Shown: in pieces, positions 12,301-24,084 of the stretch
How positions within the stretch are numbered: position 1 is the stretch's first letter
Layout of the letters: every line of letters begins with the position of its first letter
Source of the DNA: Dicyema japonicum
Lineage: Eukaryota > Animalia > Dicyemida
Reading direction: 5' to 3'
NCBI GenBank assembly: GCA_011109175.1
Contig: RDEW01000025.1
Coordinates: forward strand, 217,990-281,989
Length of the DNA: 64,000 nt
Program-made: the position numbers and the translations under genes
The notes under the pieces: model-generated
What the model was told of the DNA's origin: nothing
Seen by the model: only the letters and a program-made list of their open reading frames with translations
The model's database searches: none

Positions 12301-12840
12301 ACAATGAGGAATCTTGCGGGTAAATCTACGGTCCTCAAGTGGGACATCTGCCGCTGCAGCGAGATTCCGCGCAAAGACCTCATAAACATGCTTGAGCTGC
12401 AACGTATCACAGCTCTGGTGCTCGTGCTCTCTTTGACAGTTGTGGTCACCTGGTCCCGCCCCTTTAGACCAGTACCCTCTTTGCCTACAGCCATCTTCTT
12501 GAGTTCACTCACAGATATAGCAGTACTGAATCTGCCACTGCAGAGCTCCGCCAAGTATGGCCATCCATTCCAGGGCATTCGAGATAGCCTGCTACGTACC
12601 TGCAGGACTACCTGCCTCGCCCATTCTTTTGGGTCATCTGCCACAACGCTCTCGGATATGGCAAGAATTACATTCATACCATCAGGTAACGCAAGTGACC
12701 CTTCTCCTTTTTTCCTTTCAACATTTTTGCCAACTCGAGAGAGTTTTAACGCCACCGAATCGAACGCACGTTGCATGTTAATTTGTACATTTTTAAGATA
12801 AATTAAGAATTATTAAAACTGATCGTGGGAACTAGACGTA
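9330..12840 (-). mobile_element. Near-intact R4/Dong-like RLE non-LTR retrotransposon
   Basis: Single long RT-zinc knuckle-RLE ORF plus an upstream N-terminal part split by frameshifts; visibly more GC-rich than its flanks; ends approximate. Confidence 0.85.
9371..12286 (-). CDS. Reverse transcriptase with CCHC knuckle and restriction-like endonuclease (971 codons, no true start codon)
   Basis: YRPITC, ENQLG, VDVKKAYDSVDH, GILQGDSMSPLLF, LFIDDLK, CPHC..DHLATRC, RHNEVV, HNKPDIVV..IIEVG..EKKRKY. Confidence 0.95.
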   Translation of the reverse strand: MLTCINKAVAYAVEAKPVGSLGDISLVLYAAQITYEELTDKPRPPSKWREQICAKIAWRQTELEALEGHISSVARGVRGKAPAIVKGLISKLRVPKWDLKELRRAKVELEGAIMVYKRKLYTHESRCKRRRENNLFEFNRRLFYRRLHENGHSVCSQQDAEMLSTWGSMWEAKPRRGNAWNVPYSAAPFLAESCGIFDFRKKFEAVVRHLPDWKTTGVDKVYNFFIKRCTSLHESMCRVLQKSITNPETIPDWACTGTTYLIPKLDNPQSAADYRPITCMPTLYKLMTKLVANEVRSFVDANGILSENQLGTVRNCQGAKEQALINKCLSVSHGNSLLSMWVDVKKAYDSVDHSYLVECLHSLCMPVWFISFVVAVMNRWSIHLNYNRHRIGEVKLKRGILQGDSMSPLLFVLCLEPLSRRLNDRFEQIPVHCEGVCFSTNHLLFIDDLKMYARTAEELYSMGVCAREFFESIGLDLNYSKSATNTQVCSELVRVLEEHEGYKYLGVTESPKSLIMPETKRQITEGIRKRAALLCKTSLNARNLFLALNEYAVSLLNYYIGVVEFEPKEYDEMDVMIRGVLRENHVHVLAANKERLYLPRDKFGRGLCGVVQLSERILMRMHDTLIAGSSVSARKHAIITTEKTRATHLGTIRPFLSAKYGVDDGGLVNVKALIELQYNNLMEKINLKSLHKVLFRALDNPHVDLKSSTIWLKYGDNSPRSEALYTYMQDRNIFWGRSTNTCPHCKSRSMSVDHLATRCGSMLCHDYVWRHNEVVRSLHLLLCNKYGIRHTRKLRTHKVQSVVENTRVQIKVDSVIRTSVLVKHNKPDIVVHDKESGQVLIIEVGITSQDRLQTVEVEKKRKYDFLANEMGQMLGCKVLVIPIVMTWEGIATKYHKGYLKQLGVDRKLQAYLQSTVLKRTLESLTLEYRRQSPEMPYGQRVQLDKALSELFQQPESNLPEEAGEQAGEEGC

Positions 12841-14039
12841 TCTTAATTAGTTATCTTTTAATTTCTATCAGTATATCCCTGGTTATTACATAAAAAAGCT
12901 AAATTTGAGATCCATTCTTTCATGAATATTTGTAGAGGTGAAAACCCACACCAAAATATGCCAAATTTTAAAATACTCTAAAGCGAAGGCGTGTGAAATT
13001 TTCGTAAATGGAAAGTATATCGTACTAGCAGAGAATTTTGAAATTATTTTAGGCGCCAAATATGAAATGCAGTCAGATTTTTAATTATCAAAGGAAAAAT
13101 CCCAAAACCATGGTAACGCTAAAATAACTAATCACGTAAACAAGTGGTTGCAGTAATAGCTACGATCCCTGAATCTCTGGTGGATTTTTTTATGCACAAA
13201 ACTGTCTTCAAAGCCACGTTTAACTCCGTCTCATACGACTAACATGGTTAATGAAGTTTAGTATTATAAACGTTGAAGTCTCATACAATGTTGAAAGGAA
13301 CACGCGGAGAAAAGGGTGTCAAAGTGAATTTGTACAATCCCTTTGGATTACAAAAAATAGTTTGAAAAATATTGGACTTGCTTTTCGACGTCCTATTTTA
13401 AAATAGAAGAGCATTAACAAAAGTGACTGCCTTTCAGGGTGATGAACGAAGTTTTTGTTGTCTAAAATATTTTGGTTCTCTTTTTAAACCTTCCAACATA
13501 TACCCTGTATAAAGCCTTAATCTTTACTTCTAACCGTTAACCCTAAACTTTAACCTAATCCTAAACCTAGCCTTTTGTATAGAAAACCTTTTTATTTGTT
13601 AAATACAGGGGGTTAGTGTTATCACGCCGTTAGTATTATTCTAAGGAATAATTCATCACTTTTACTATGCATGGTACACATTGAAAGATCACTCTCTTAC
13701 CTCGTTACTGAATAGTAGATTTTTCTAAGTTTAGAGAATAGCTATCTCTACCAAAATGATTAAGATTATGATCAGCCTAAATTTACTTTTTTTGCAAACC
13801 TCGATGTACTTCAGTTTAGTCCAATTCATTTTCAAAAAAATGACAATTTCAGACATTGTTTGGTAATATGTCAATTTATTCTCAAAAAGAAATGCTTGCT
13901 AATTTTCTCATTCTATTTTTTTCATTGGAGTTAATGAATCAACCACTCATTATTGTCTGGATTACTTTCTCTATTTAGTTTCACAAGACGCATGTTTAAT
14001 TTTAATTTAAAAAAATTAAAAAAAAGGACAAAACATTAG

Positions 14040-14165
14040 TTAGCTGCTGCCCTCACTGCGTGGCTGTTCCCTCTTAGAATTGCGAGCGAAATTCGCTCAA
14101 ACAGCCAGCGTCGTTCGCGGAGATCTCCAGTGCATGAGGTGATCCGGTTTCCAAGACAGAGGGGT
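14040..14165 (-). mobile_element. CRE-like 3' terminal relic
   Basis: LGNRITSCTGDLRERRWLFERISLAILRGNSHAVRAAA*. Confidence 0.8.
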
Positions 14166-14996
14166 TATTATTCACGATAAAACTAACTGCCTGTGACATA
14201 ATATTTTTTAAATACAAAAAATGGTCTATTGATCCCCGTCTAACTGAGTAGCATCAATTATTCTATTAATATTATCCCTAACGAAATGGGAGATGGCACA
14301 AAAACGTTTAGAGTACGCATAAATCTCCTCAGCAGCTAATTTATGTTCCATGCGCTACAATAACATTACAATCAGACTAATCCACGTGTTAACATGGTGC
14401 ATCACAGTGCAATTATTCTCCATCATTTTACTCACCACAACAAAATATTTATGCAACAAACGTACGAATTGGAGGAAGTATTGTCAGTGCAATCTTTAAA
14501 CCGGAAGCATTCATAGCCAACAAACAGGTCTTAATGACACAACCACAGGAGGGTGTATAACATCCCGAATTCTACAAACTTCCCATAGATCAGTTCTATT
14601 GGGATGGGAGTGAGTGCCACACAGTTAATTGGATTTTTTGTGGGCATGGAGAGTGCCATCAATGAGGCTATCAGATCCTCAGTCTGGTTGCTGAGATTAC
14701 TGATATTCCTCTCACGTCAGAACCTGGAATATATAAAGGATTCTGCCTGTAGAAAGTATCCCCACATGAGAAGGGATCACAGAGGATGGCAAAACTTTTC
14801 CAGTAGTTTGACCACCTTTGAATTGTGGAATAAAAATTTACTAAACTGGGGGACATGACGTCTGTAGAATGTAGAACTCAAATATCATGAGTTATGGAGA
14901 ATGTTGGCCTCCATTTCCTCATGTATCAATTCCACTAATACAATTTGAATGGACCTCAATTTCCTCCCTCTGATCACCGCCATTCCGAGCCTGTCC

Positions 14997-15290
14997 TCAA
15001 CCTGAGTCATTCGCGGTGTTCTCGTCTCTTCGAACAAGCCTTCTTCCGATACTGGAAAGAAATGCGTCCGTGTTCACTCCCAGGACCCCAGAAGTCTGCA
15101 TCGCTTTAGAAGTGTAAAGGTAGTTATCGCTGAGCAATCCGTAGTTTCGGATTTTCCTTACCTCCGCCTCATTATTAAAGCAACATACGTAAACCATAAT
15201 AGTTATAGTTTCTCCCGATGCGGCGTTGAAAACTATCAAACTAACAGAGTGATTCCACCTTCCGCGGTCATACGTCACCTCTCCCAAGTT
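14997..15290 (-). mobile_element. CRE-like RLE relic
   Basis: EVRKIRNYGLLSDNYLY...MQTSGVLGVNTDAFLSSIGRRL. Confidence 0.65.
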
Positions 15291-15559
15291 ATCCAGATCT
15301 CTCCGTATTTCATTTTCCTTTTGACATACTTGAGATTAGTTTCGGTTATCCCAGGCAGTGTGATTCGCGGCAGTCCACAGAAACGTGATCCAGTCTCAAC
15401 TCCTCCATCGCTATATTAGCTTGGGTATCCATTTCCAATATGTCCAAATAGCTCCCATCTCAAATCAGTGATCTCGAGACTCAAAAGACCAGTGATCAAA
15501 CATTACATATCCTTACCAATTCAAACCGAGAATTGTCCTCAGTTACCTTCAATGAAAGG

Positions 15560-15800
15560 ATTCTATCCCATGTTTCTCAGCCTTGGACATCGCCCAAGTT
15601 GATGAATTATATAGTAAGACTGTTTTCACTAGGGTATTGTATATCCTTTTCCTGAATTATGTACTTGGTCGTTTTCCGTCAATCCAGTTCTTTTTAACTT
15701 TGTTCAGCGCAGCTGTAGGGAAGGTCTTTCTTTCAACGATGTTCTCACTGTCTCCAAGTAAGGACCAAGCTAATTGATCTTTTTCCATTTCATCCGACGT
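15560..15800 (-). mobile_element. RTE-like RT C-terminal relic
   Basis: LGSLLGDSENIVERKT...ALNKVKKNW...RIYNTLVKTVLLYNSSTW. Confidence 0.75.
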
Positions 15801-15814
15801 CCGCCTTATCTACA

Positions 15815-16022
15815 TTTATTTAATTTATTAACCTCGGATACACCAAGAAAGAAGTAAAATGTAAACAACTAGTTAAGTGTATCCAGTTTCCACTTCTAAA
15901 AACACAGGATCCATACGGAATCAACATAAAAAAAGACGTTAATTACTTGCAGTTGTAGAGACCCCTCCAGTGATGTGGGGGAGAGCAAATAATCCTTTTT
16001 CGTTCTACCCTGGCACTGGCGC
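15815..16022 (-). repeat. ~210-bp dispersed non-coding repeat, copy 1
   Basis: Reverse complement aligns with 26107-26320 and 56338-56530 (aaaagga..attt.ctc...cact.gagggg...ca.ct.caag...tggatacac). Confidence 0.8.
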
Positions 16023-16089
16023 AATATAAAATTTAAATTTAATAAATGATTTTTTTGTAAAAAAAAGTTTATTTATTAAAATAAAATCA

Positions 16090-16905
16090 GCGACATGAAC
16101 TTTGGCGACATGTTAATAAGCTTGGATCCCTACTGGGAGACACAGAAGACATCATCAAAAGGAAAACAATTGCAGGAGTAGCAATGTAAAAATTCAGAAA
16201 GGTGGTTGAAGAGACTTGATGTCTAATGCATTTGGTGAAACTAACCTTTAGCCTCTTTTTTGGTTGAGGTGGTGACGACATCTTTATTGCACTATGTCTT
16301 ATTCGTATTCTTTATCGACTTCTCCGTTCACTCTGGGAACTTTCAATTGCAGAGACATAAACAACCTCACAAGAAACACCAACTGGTATGCGACCTAGCC
16401 ACAAGAAGAGGATAGGACTAAACACCAGGTTTAGAATACAAAGCTTTTGTCATCCGCGCTAACCTACAACTCTGGCATTTGGGAATCTCTAAACGGGAAA
16501 TGGACCGTCTTGACTATTTCCACAGAGCTCAGCTCAAATCGTTAATCAAGACTAACTGGCTATGAAGATCTCTGATGCAAACCTTTATAATAAATGCAAA
16601 TACGGCGTGCCGTCAGATGATGTTTTCAATCAAGACGTCTAAATGACCAAGTCCCTGCAAATTTCGCAACGGTAACTACTTCACAGACACAGGTGCCGGA
16701 TTTCGCGGAAGACCAAGAACGACACTTCCGACTATCTTGAACGAAAACCTATCGGCGGTTGGTATGAGACGATCTGGACTACTTAAGAGAACTAGCGCGC
16801 AACAAAATCATGGTCGAGGTTGACGGAGATTATGATTAGGAATACGGCACAAGGGAAACTTAACTAACTTATGTTTTCTCGGGAGTGCTTTTAATAATAA
16901 TAACC
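16090..16905 (+). mobile_element. RTE-like 3' relic with (TAA)n tail
   Basis: LGSLLGDTEDIIKRK; GFRGRPRTTLPTILNENL; ends gagtgcttttaataataataa. Confidence 0.8.
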
Positions 16906-16929
16906 TTTAGCCTATTACACATTTATGGG

Positions 16930-17180
16930 TTCCCAATTGATTGTCACTGATGCAATGGTATGCCACAATATATTCTTAAAATTTTATGTTCACACACTTT
17001 GTGGACGTGCATGTATTTTCTAAAGTCCTTCTAGATATAGCACACGTCTTTCTTGGGATAGGCAATTCCAGTCTATAACCACTCATCTTGAGTATACTTT
17101 CCTGTATTATACTGACAACTTCTTCAAAGAGATGATCATGAATTGATGTCGATTTTCACCGAAGACGGGTGGATCACTTG
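16930..17180 (-). mobile_element. R4-like RT relic
   Basis: LPIPRK..TSTKCV..HCISDNQLG, comparable to RT domains 1-2 of the intact element. Confidence 0.45.
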
Positions 17181-18149
17181 ACGCCACTCTTGTAGGACAA
17201 AAGAAGGAACAGAGGAAAGATAGAGTGATTCACTGTCAAGCAAATAAAGCTATTAAATCAAATAAGAAATATTACAAATAACAAAAATTTATTTTAAATG
17301 TCACAATTATCAACAAACTCACTGTCAACTTCTTCCTGAGTCTAGTAAATAATAACCAAAATAAACAACCTCCAAACTGTCGGAAAAAGGACTTAAATTT
17401 CTCTACTAAATTAAAACAACATTATACGGTTCTTCTCACTGCTAAATCACTGAACACTTCCTATATGAATAATATGCTGCAGTACTTTGATTTGTTCGGA
17501 GGAATAATTCGAATCCATCATTGCCATAAAGAAGTCTTCATCGTTGTTTAACTCTAATGAATCAATCAACGAAATTTCAATTTCAAACAAAGCTTTTTGA
17601 AAGGTTTTATGTTTCTCATCAAAATAATCGGCAGGATTGTAAGAAAATTTGTCATAATCAAACAATTGGAAGGGGTACACCCACTCACTAAAATAAATAA
17701 TACTCATTACTAAATTCCAATTGCAAAATAACGAACAAGGAGCTTGTCTTTTACAATTTTTGCTCCTTTACATGGATCGATAATCTAAATTTTGAATATA
17801 AATACACCTTAACTGGCCAATACTCATAGACTGTAGAATAAGGAATCCTAAAGAAAATTATAATTAATACCACTTAACTCTGTCAACCATTTTATTAACT
17901 AAAAACTGTAATTTAAAAATAAAATTAATTATTCATAAAAATTTATTTTAGTTTTTTTTTCTTTCACTTTAATTACCCTCTCAATACTTAAAAACTTGGG
18001 TACCTTTGTTTTCATGGGTTTAACACAGATATATAACGAGTCCATCAGTCGGAAGTTAACCGAGATACGGCCGGTCCTGAAGCCTGTGAGACCAAAGGAT
18101 TTTCACTTCTCTTACAAGCATATATCCCCTGCGAAAATGTTAAGAAACT

Positions 18150-18800
18150 AATTCTCAACATGATTCGCTTTCTCTCAACACAAATTCATGAAAAATCTCT
18201 CAACGGCAACCCACCTCACTGCAGAATATCTCTCTCTTGAGGTAAGGTTTTTTATTTACGCAGTACATTGAGTCAACCGTCAGCTATGGTAGCCCCGTCA
18301 GATGTACGAACCGCACAAAAACGCATTTAAAGAAAATCGAAGCCTTCCAATACTTAGGATTGGAGTTCATAAAAAGTTTGCGTCTTCTTACGTAGAGCCT
18401 ACTAATTTCAAGGCCCTAGAGAGGAGAACTGATACTAAGTTCATTTCACGTGAACGTTTGCTATTGGCACAAGTCTACTTACTTGGATCCGTTACAAACA
18501 GAGTGGAAATGGGTGGTTGTTGAGGGTAGTTATGATCACTTAATACCAACATATTCCATGTCTTTTAGAACGTGTCCTAAATAATCCAGTTTTCACATTG
18601 GAACAAAAAAACGATTAATGAGTAAGATACTTTAAGAGGGATTTATCCAATGAGACTAAGAGTAATAAAAGATTAGTACACAAACTCGTTGCTCTAGTGG
18701 CCCGCTTGAAACTTGATTGAAATGGTAAACCTCACTACCAGAACAAACGACAATGAACTGAAAGTGGTCGTAATTAACCGTGTTTCCCGCGCGTCTCTTC
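18150..18800 (-). mobile_element. Ty3/gypsy RT-RNaseH relic (heavily decayed)
   Basis: Patchy motifs LDYLGHVL, TDPS and SRAL in the expected order. Confidence 0.4.
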
Positions 18801-18949
18801 CTTGTCTAATCTGTGTCAAAGCATAGAAGAGTAAATTCGGTATCCAATGTTCCTGTTGCCACAATTTTGGACACCTTGGGTGCTATAAGCACAATCTCTG
18901 GCAAATTGGTCATCTTCCTCATGCCTTGGGAATAACGGCAGAAGGAGAG

Positions 18950-21120
18950 AGCCCTCCCTGGACTTTTCCTGGACCTATCTAACACGGATGAATGTCTACG
19001 CCTTTTGCTAACAGCTGCTTCTTGTCTTCAAAGCTAGTAACCAGGGCAGTCGATGACAATAGACAAGATGCCTGGATACGCCTTTCCTGCTTTGCACCTC
19101 TTGTCCTCGGATCACATCCGACCGAACTGAAAGAAGAGGCGCTCTCCAGTAATGGCAAGGTTCTTTCATTAACTAAAGAAACCCTTGAACCCTGTCGGAT
19201 CTACACGAGACAGATATTTGGAAGGACATTCCACATTTGGCAATCACCACAGATGATATACGATCTGCTATTTCATTTTTCCCAGGAAAAGCAGTGCTGG
19301 CTTGGACGGCTTACGTCCGAGCCATATGAAAGACCTTATTTCTTTCACGACCGCCGATATGAGGAACTCACTCATTAATTCAATAAAGACCCTTAGGGCT
19401 GATATCTCCGACAATGTCAAAAGATTCCTATTTGCATCAAAACTGATTGCCTTCAGAAAGCCTTGTATGGGTTAAGACCCATCGCTATAGGCAACGTATT
19501 CTGGCTCCTGACGGCGAAGATAGCTGCCAGAGCAGCGAGCAAGACTCTAAGCCTCCAACTGAGCCTTTCTCAACTTGGGGTTAGAATTCCTCATGGATGC
19601 GACCCAGTATTCACTCAATCAAGAACGTGGCTACCAGTCCGCCAGACACTACGAATCCTATAATTGTCAAACTGGACATCTAGCATCTCAGAATAATGAA
19701 ACTTGCATATTGCTTCCATGTACGCTGATATTCGGGCAACACATCGTCGAATCCAAGACTGGAGTTCAACAAGGTGACCCCCATGGTACCCTGTTCTTTG
19801 CCTTTGGCATCGACTGTGAAGCATCGACAATGCGAACACCATTGACCTACGGTACCTGGACGACGCGACCGTCGGAGGTAATGGGAACTTATGGTGGCGG
19901 AAGTCGAGTCTGCCATTCCTGCACTTGCGCTACTAGGGTTGAAACCGAACCCGTATAAATGTGAAATTATAAACGTTGCTTGCGGAGAGGAAGACTTCTG
20001 CCATGCAGTGGCTGCTATTTCTACTTATCTCCGCAATATCTCGGTCACTCAACTCGAAAATGTAATTTTTCTTGACTCTCCTCTTACTGCAATAATGTGT
20101 CAACTCTCCTGGAGGAAAAAAATACATCACTCCAATAATTCACATCAAAATTACAATCCCTGGACTCCTACATGTCTTTATTCTTTTCAGGAATTTTCAC
20201 CTTAGTCCACGACGTCTTTTTCTTCTACGGACTGCCCCATGTTTCACGAACATGAACTGTTTGAGAACCATCGACGAGAAGCTGAAGACTGCCGTTTAAG
20301 AAACGGTTAACATTTCTTTTGATAAAACTGGCTGGATCCAATGCAAACTACCTCTTCGCTAAGAAGGAATTGGAATACCCTCAGAACTAGAACTCGCCTT
20401 ACCGGCCTTTCTATCTTCAACATATGTTTCCAGTGGACTCACACCATTCCTAAGCTACTTTAACAGATCGGACGTTGAACCAGTGGTATGCATGGCTCGG
20501 GGAGTCTGGACGCGATGGTTGTTGGATTCCCGAAGAACGCTAATAAAGAACGAGAATGGGACAAGCTTTTGTGCTCAAAGATCATAGAAAAGATAAAACC
20601 TGTGCTTGATCAGCATTATCTGGTTTATCTGTCATCTGCTTCGACGAACGAGAGCGGAGCCTGGCTCAGAGCATTACCATGACACTACGCGATGAGGATT
20701 GAGGTTTCTGTCCGCCTCGGAACCCTAGACACGCCGCAATCAACGGAGTTATTGCTTGGAAACTTTTCCTTGGACTTGCTTAAGCCAACCGAAGACCAGA
20801 CGGAACCAGTCTCTTCCCATGGGAAAATGTTAAATACCTTGCCTGGGATGCCACCTATCGATAGTCTCTCTTCCTCCAACCTTACAACGACAGCAACTAA
20901 CCAGGCTCTGACTCGGAGAAGGCTCAGAACCTAAAGTTAAAGAAACTCGCATGTCTTGATGGACAGTTCAATTTCGAACCAGTGGCAGTGGAAACGTCAG
21001 AAATTATAGGAAGCAGGTCACTGATCCTGCTAAACAGGATCGGTTCGCTCATCGCGAAGAAGAATGATCGAGAGAAAGGAACTGGCTCATTGAGGGCATT
21101 TCCTGCAAATCGTCAGCTTA
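18950..21120 (+). mobile_element. Decayed near-full-length CRE-like non-LTR retrotransposon
   Basis: WIRLSCFA, GLRPIAIGNVF..LTAKIA, GVQQGDPHGTLFF, YLDDATV, GAWLRALP, FEPVAVETSEIIGSRSL. Confidence 0.85.
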
Positions 21121-21124
21121 AACT

Positions 21125-21880
21125 CCATATTTTAGAAAAGTGGAGGATGATACCAAAGTAAATCTCGTGTTCTTTACAAGATTTTTGTTTATTAATGACT
21201 CAATCATATTAAAAAAAGCTTGAATGTTTCATCAAAGGGAGTGTCGGCTTCATCAAACACACGAAATTCAAAATTCTTTAATAGCAGGTAATCTGAATTT
21301 ATACCTTCCAAAAAGTAATCTGTGAGTTGTTATGATTATATCTGCTTTTCTCGAGATGGCGACAAGACAACAGCAAAGTCCAGTCTAAAATATTCATTAT
21401 TAACTGACTTGTTTAGAAAATTTAGAGACAACTGAATATATTTGATACATAACTCCATTATAGGAGTCACAGTGAGGTATCTTGGAGGTAAACAACTACT
21501 TTGCCGTAATAGCGTCAATATCGGAGTCAAATATGCTAATGTTTTTCACATTCTAAAATAATTTATTTTCTACCTGGTTCGCCAACAAGCATTAAGTGTT
21601 GCAAGGAAAATATGGTATCTATTGCTTTACATTGCAGCTTCCACGGTTTCGTTATGTTCTGTTCTGCAAAATTTGTCTCTGCTTATTCTTTGTGCTTCAA
21701 ACCCACTTACTTGGTCAAATTCATATCTTGTTTCACATCTACTAATATTTAAAGGAGCCAATGGTTTTACGATGAAAACATCTGTATTGGCTTCATTTCT
21801 AGTACAATAAGAAACTAATTCCTTGTTAGCAAATGAATGTTTGTCCACGTGACAGGTCAAAATTTTCATTTTTTCCAACT
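21125..21880 (-). pseudogene. DEAD-box RNA helicase N-terminal-domain pseudogene, DDX28-like
   Basis: Frame-broken ITKPWKLQCKAIDTIFSLQHLMLVGEP / KTLAYLTPILTLL..PRYLTVTPIMEL / ADIIITTHRLL / FRVFDEADTPFDETF / LVSSST give the Q motif and motifs I, Ia, Ib, II and III. 21-nt GT-AG intron at 21553-21573. DEADTxxDExF resembles DDX28, but orthology is only moderately supported. Confidence 0.75.
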
Positions 21881-22599
21881 AACATTTTATTTTTAAGTGA
21901 CAATAGTTGTTCAAATGATAATCCTGATTAGTATTCCCATGTAGAATTCTGACTTAGATTTGATTGAAGTATTCCAAATATTCTCGTGTAGGGTTTACAC
22001 AGTTTCATCTCGATTGCTTTTTAAAAAATTATAATTATGCTTTTAATTTTTCATTATTTCAAAAAAATAATATTTAAATCTTTATTTGTTATCTGACTTT
22101 TATTTTGTCTGTGATTCTTGGTTTTAATAAATAAAATAAATAAATGTGTTATCTGACCAAGTGGAGATTAATCCAGGACGCCAAAATTAACAACATGGGA
22201 AAGCCTGTATGGACACTAAAATCACTTAATTTAGACGATAACTCTTTCATCTTTCTGTGGTTCTGAGGTTGATAAATAAAATTATGACCTGGTAGTATAT
22301 GGATTGTTGTTGTCGCTCCTATCGCAATTAGCTGTAGGATCGATTTCCATATCGTTACTTACCTGGTCGAGTGACTTCTTTATTCTCTGCCTTCTTTAAA
22401 TACTAAGAAAATATTATATTGCTTAAAGATCTATGTGTTTATGTTCCATCGATGAGGAGGCCTCCGTCTTGCAGTTGTGGGTTATTGAGATTCTCTTCTG
22501 ATGTCATGCCAGGTAAACATTATGTTGCTCGGTTATAGATCACTTGGGGTTTCCATGAAGATTTTGAATAACTTTGTCCAACATTTCCCTCTTATTAAT

Positions 22600-23400
22600 C
22601 ATCCTGTTGACTCATTCTACCCCCTCAACCTGTGGTATCTGGATATTGCAGTTTTTGGAAGACCTCCAGATACTGTATTCCAGGATTTGGAGGTGATAAT
22701 TCCAGCCCTATCAAAAGCTGGACTGGAATTAAATTGCAGTTAATCCAAAATCCACATTTTGGACTTTCAGAAGTGAAGTATTCACAAGCTGTGTCATTTT
22801 AGCAAGTTTACTGCTGGAAGTATTTCCACGCCTGATGAAGACCTTATATTATTCGGATCCCCAATCACCATGCGTCTAATGGAGAGAGCTATACGAGAAA
22901 AACGACTGTTACTCAGAGAGACTCTAGACCAGGGATGTCAAACACCAAGGCCGCACAAATGATTGTTACATCGTTGACATCACTGGAGTAGTTGACATCA
23001 ATGGAGTAGCACAGCTAGAAGTTTTTATCATAGCCTATGACAGTGAATTTAAATTTATATAGACATTTCTCTCCATGTATATCTCTCATTGCTAATGTCC
23101 TGTAACACCCTTGTCAAGAGGATTCTACACTCCTGAATTCTCTACTGACAAGACGTCGTTTATGCTCGTGAGGCCTGGAGCCGTACCTATTAGTTTTCCC
23201 TTCCTTCCATGATCTCTCAACGGGTCTGGACGATGCCGTATTCCGAAAGTCATTTTAAGATCTGCTGGTGTCATCTAACCAACATTACTGTGCTTGCTTG
23301 TTCAGGAGCGGCTGTGCTTGGCTCAACGCCATTCCTAATGGAGTTTTGAGTACCTTTCTGGATGATGAATTAATCCGTACTGTTGCGTCACTAGTACCGA
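22600..23400 (+). mobile_element. CRE-like RT relic
   Basis: PLNLWYLD..PDTVFQDLEVIIPALSKAGLELN; SGCAWLNAIPNGVLSTFLDDELIR. Confidence 0.75.
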
Positions 23401-24084
23401 CACCTTCGCCCCTTGCAACCTACACCAGAGTGCCGTTAGAGCCTGTTCTGCCGCTGAGAGGACCAAAAGGTCAAATCAATCAAAGTACGCGGTCCTACCA
23501 AAGATTTTTTGCTCGTTGGAGATCCTACCATCATTTAAAGATCTCAAAGAAATCGGGAGACACCTCAACAAGAGGAGACCTTGATAGGATAAGGGACATG
23601 GCAAAGAGTAGCCAAAGATGGAAGAAGCTAACTAGTTTTTGATTTTCCATGTTGCGAATGTTTTGTCACGTGCCAATAATACACGTCGACATAATTGATG
23701 CACTCTCGAAATAGCAATAGAAATCATCTGGAATAGCCCTGTTTTCAATTTATTTCTAGAAACTGCACTAATTGACAGGATTTTACATAATTAAGGTCAA
23801 CAAGGTCAAAAAGTTCATTTTCTTGACAAAATAGGAATCAGCCAAATGGTTAGTTGTCTGATGAATTGAAGTAATTACATACTTCTATTGCACGAAATGT
23901 CTTGAAATCTGAATCATTATTTGGATTAAAGTCAGTGTTCAGTGCTGCGAACGAGCCATGGAGTGAATTCAAAAAAACTTGATTTGTTCATTTCACTAAT
24001 TTAAAAATTATTAATATAAATTCAAAAATAAAAAAAGTAAATTACATAATCAAATTAATAATTTGAACGGAACATATTTAAAAA

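Noticed and set aside
9602-12801. Plus-strand ORFs of 62-165 aa over the R4-like element (also 45483-47232 over the CRE element)
   Set aside because: Antisense shadows of GC-richer RT coding sequence with no recognisable motifs
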